Below are positions 63,001 through 64,000 of a stretch of DNA of 64,000 nt, piece by piece; position 1 is the stretch's first letter; every line of letters begins with the position of its first letter. The position numbers were made by a program, and so were the translations under genes. The stretch covers positions 26,046,437 through 26,110,436 of the forward strand of contig NC_092672.1 in NCBI RefSeq assembly GCF_964355755.1, written 5' to 3'. The notes under the pieces are model-generated. The model had not been told where the DNA came from. It did not search any database and saw nothing but the letters and a program-made list of their open reading frames with translations. This DNA is from Antedon mediterranea (taxonomy: Eukaryota; Animalia; Echinodermata).

Positions 63001-64000
63001 ACGTCACGTTGCGCAATTGTAAACATCATGAAAAGCTTCGCTTGACGACGTTACATAAATGTCAAAATGTTAACATAGTTAACAAAATGTTATGTTTGCA
63101 AGTTTTAGAGAAAAGCGTTACACAAAAATCATACAGAAAGAAAGAAGACTAGACATGTAACTCGTCACTTTGACGAGTTTGGTTATCCGCCGCGCAAGTG
63201 GTGCAACATTAACATTAAGGGGATAGGTTGAGGACAAAAGGAAGTGTTCACGTTGGCATTATGACCTGAACTGAAGAATATGATATGTTGTTATTGCTGA
63301 ATTTTATTATTCAAATTCATATATAGTGTACACAGTATAATCTGTATCCATATCACATACAGTGTAGAATAGGTGAAATTACGGGACCCGCTATTTATTG
63401 CAATTTTTAACATGTTGACGGTTTTAAAATGAAACGCGAAGGTAGCAATTCCGAAAGGAAATTATCTCAGCAACAACGTATTAGCATGTAGAAGAAATTT
63501 GAATACGTGAAATATTGATGCGCGCTCGTTTAAATGTAATGAATTATGACGCAAAAGATGAAAATACGACCTTTTTTATTTAACTGGCCATATGATGACG
63601 TCACAACATCCGATTGGCAACATTTTTACATAATTTCGTATCTACAGTCCAATAGCTTCCAGAAAAAGTTTTAATCGTGATTATCACATTTTATTCTTAC
63701 GAGCTATAACAGATTAAAATTTACTGTAAAGATGAAATTAATGCCACACGTGATTTAAATTTTTAAGCACGATGACGTAAAAAAAATTAAAATATTTTTA
63801 ACTCATGCGAAAGATAGTTGATTGACCTAGACAATATCAAAATCGGGGTGAAAATGGAAAACGGATAAGTGGAGATGCGCTCTATTCAATGTGATGAGCT
63901 ATGACGAAAGATACAAAATCCTAAATTTTATATTTGCGTGGCCATACGATGACATCACAATGTCCGGTTAGCCATATTAATACCTGATCCAATATCTACA
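60024..64000 (-). repeat. Head-to-tail tandem array of a 1.5-1.6-kb Helentron-like element (at least 3 units)
   Basis: Units start CTAGACATGTAACTCGTCACTTTGACGAGTTTGGTTATCCGC at 60024, 61629 and 63149 (periods 1605 and 1520); near-identical bodies; subterminal IR GGTTATCCGC/GCGGATAACC in unit 1. Confidence 0.9.

Noticed and set aside
61012-63152. Duplicated short ORFs (62 and 68 aa) as a gene pair
   Set aside because: They repeat only because the Helentron-like units repeat; no recognizable domain or splice structure.

Overview
AT-rich invertebrate animal genomic DNA with spliceosomal introns and a dense load of transposable elements; an echinoderm-like deuterostome is my inference only. The + strand carries the last 15 coding exons of LZTR1 (Kelch-BTB-BACK CUL3 adaptor). 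These include a U12-type minor intron (46378-48162) and one 35.2-kb intron (1645-36882). Nested antisense inside that large intron is a tandem array of two-exon genes encoding a tandem double MYND zinc finger fused to a DUF4470/SAM-methyltransferase-like domain: two intact copies, one copy with a single nonsense codon, one frameshifted pseudogene and one 3' remnant. The copies show mosaicism, a localized hypervariable segment and shared kB-like upstream motifs. Downstream are a complete 4-exon F-box/FBA lectin gene (FBXO6/44-like, - strand) and, head-to-head with it, the 5' RUN-domain exons of a PLEKHM1-like gene (+). Mobile elements include CR1/L2-type LINE fragments, several MITEs with resolvable TIRs and TSDs, a 5S+tRNA composite SINE, and Helentron/DINE-1-like elements ending in a head-to-tail tandem array at 58.5-64 kb. 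All family assignments come from motif recognition, not database searches.
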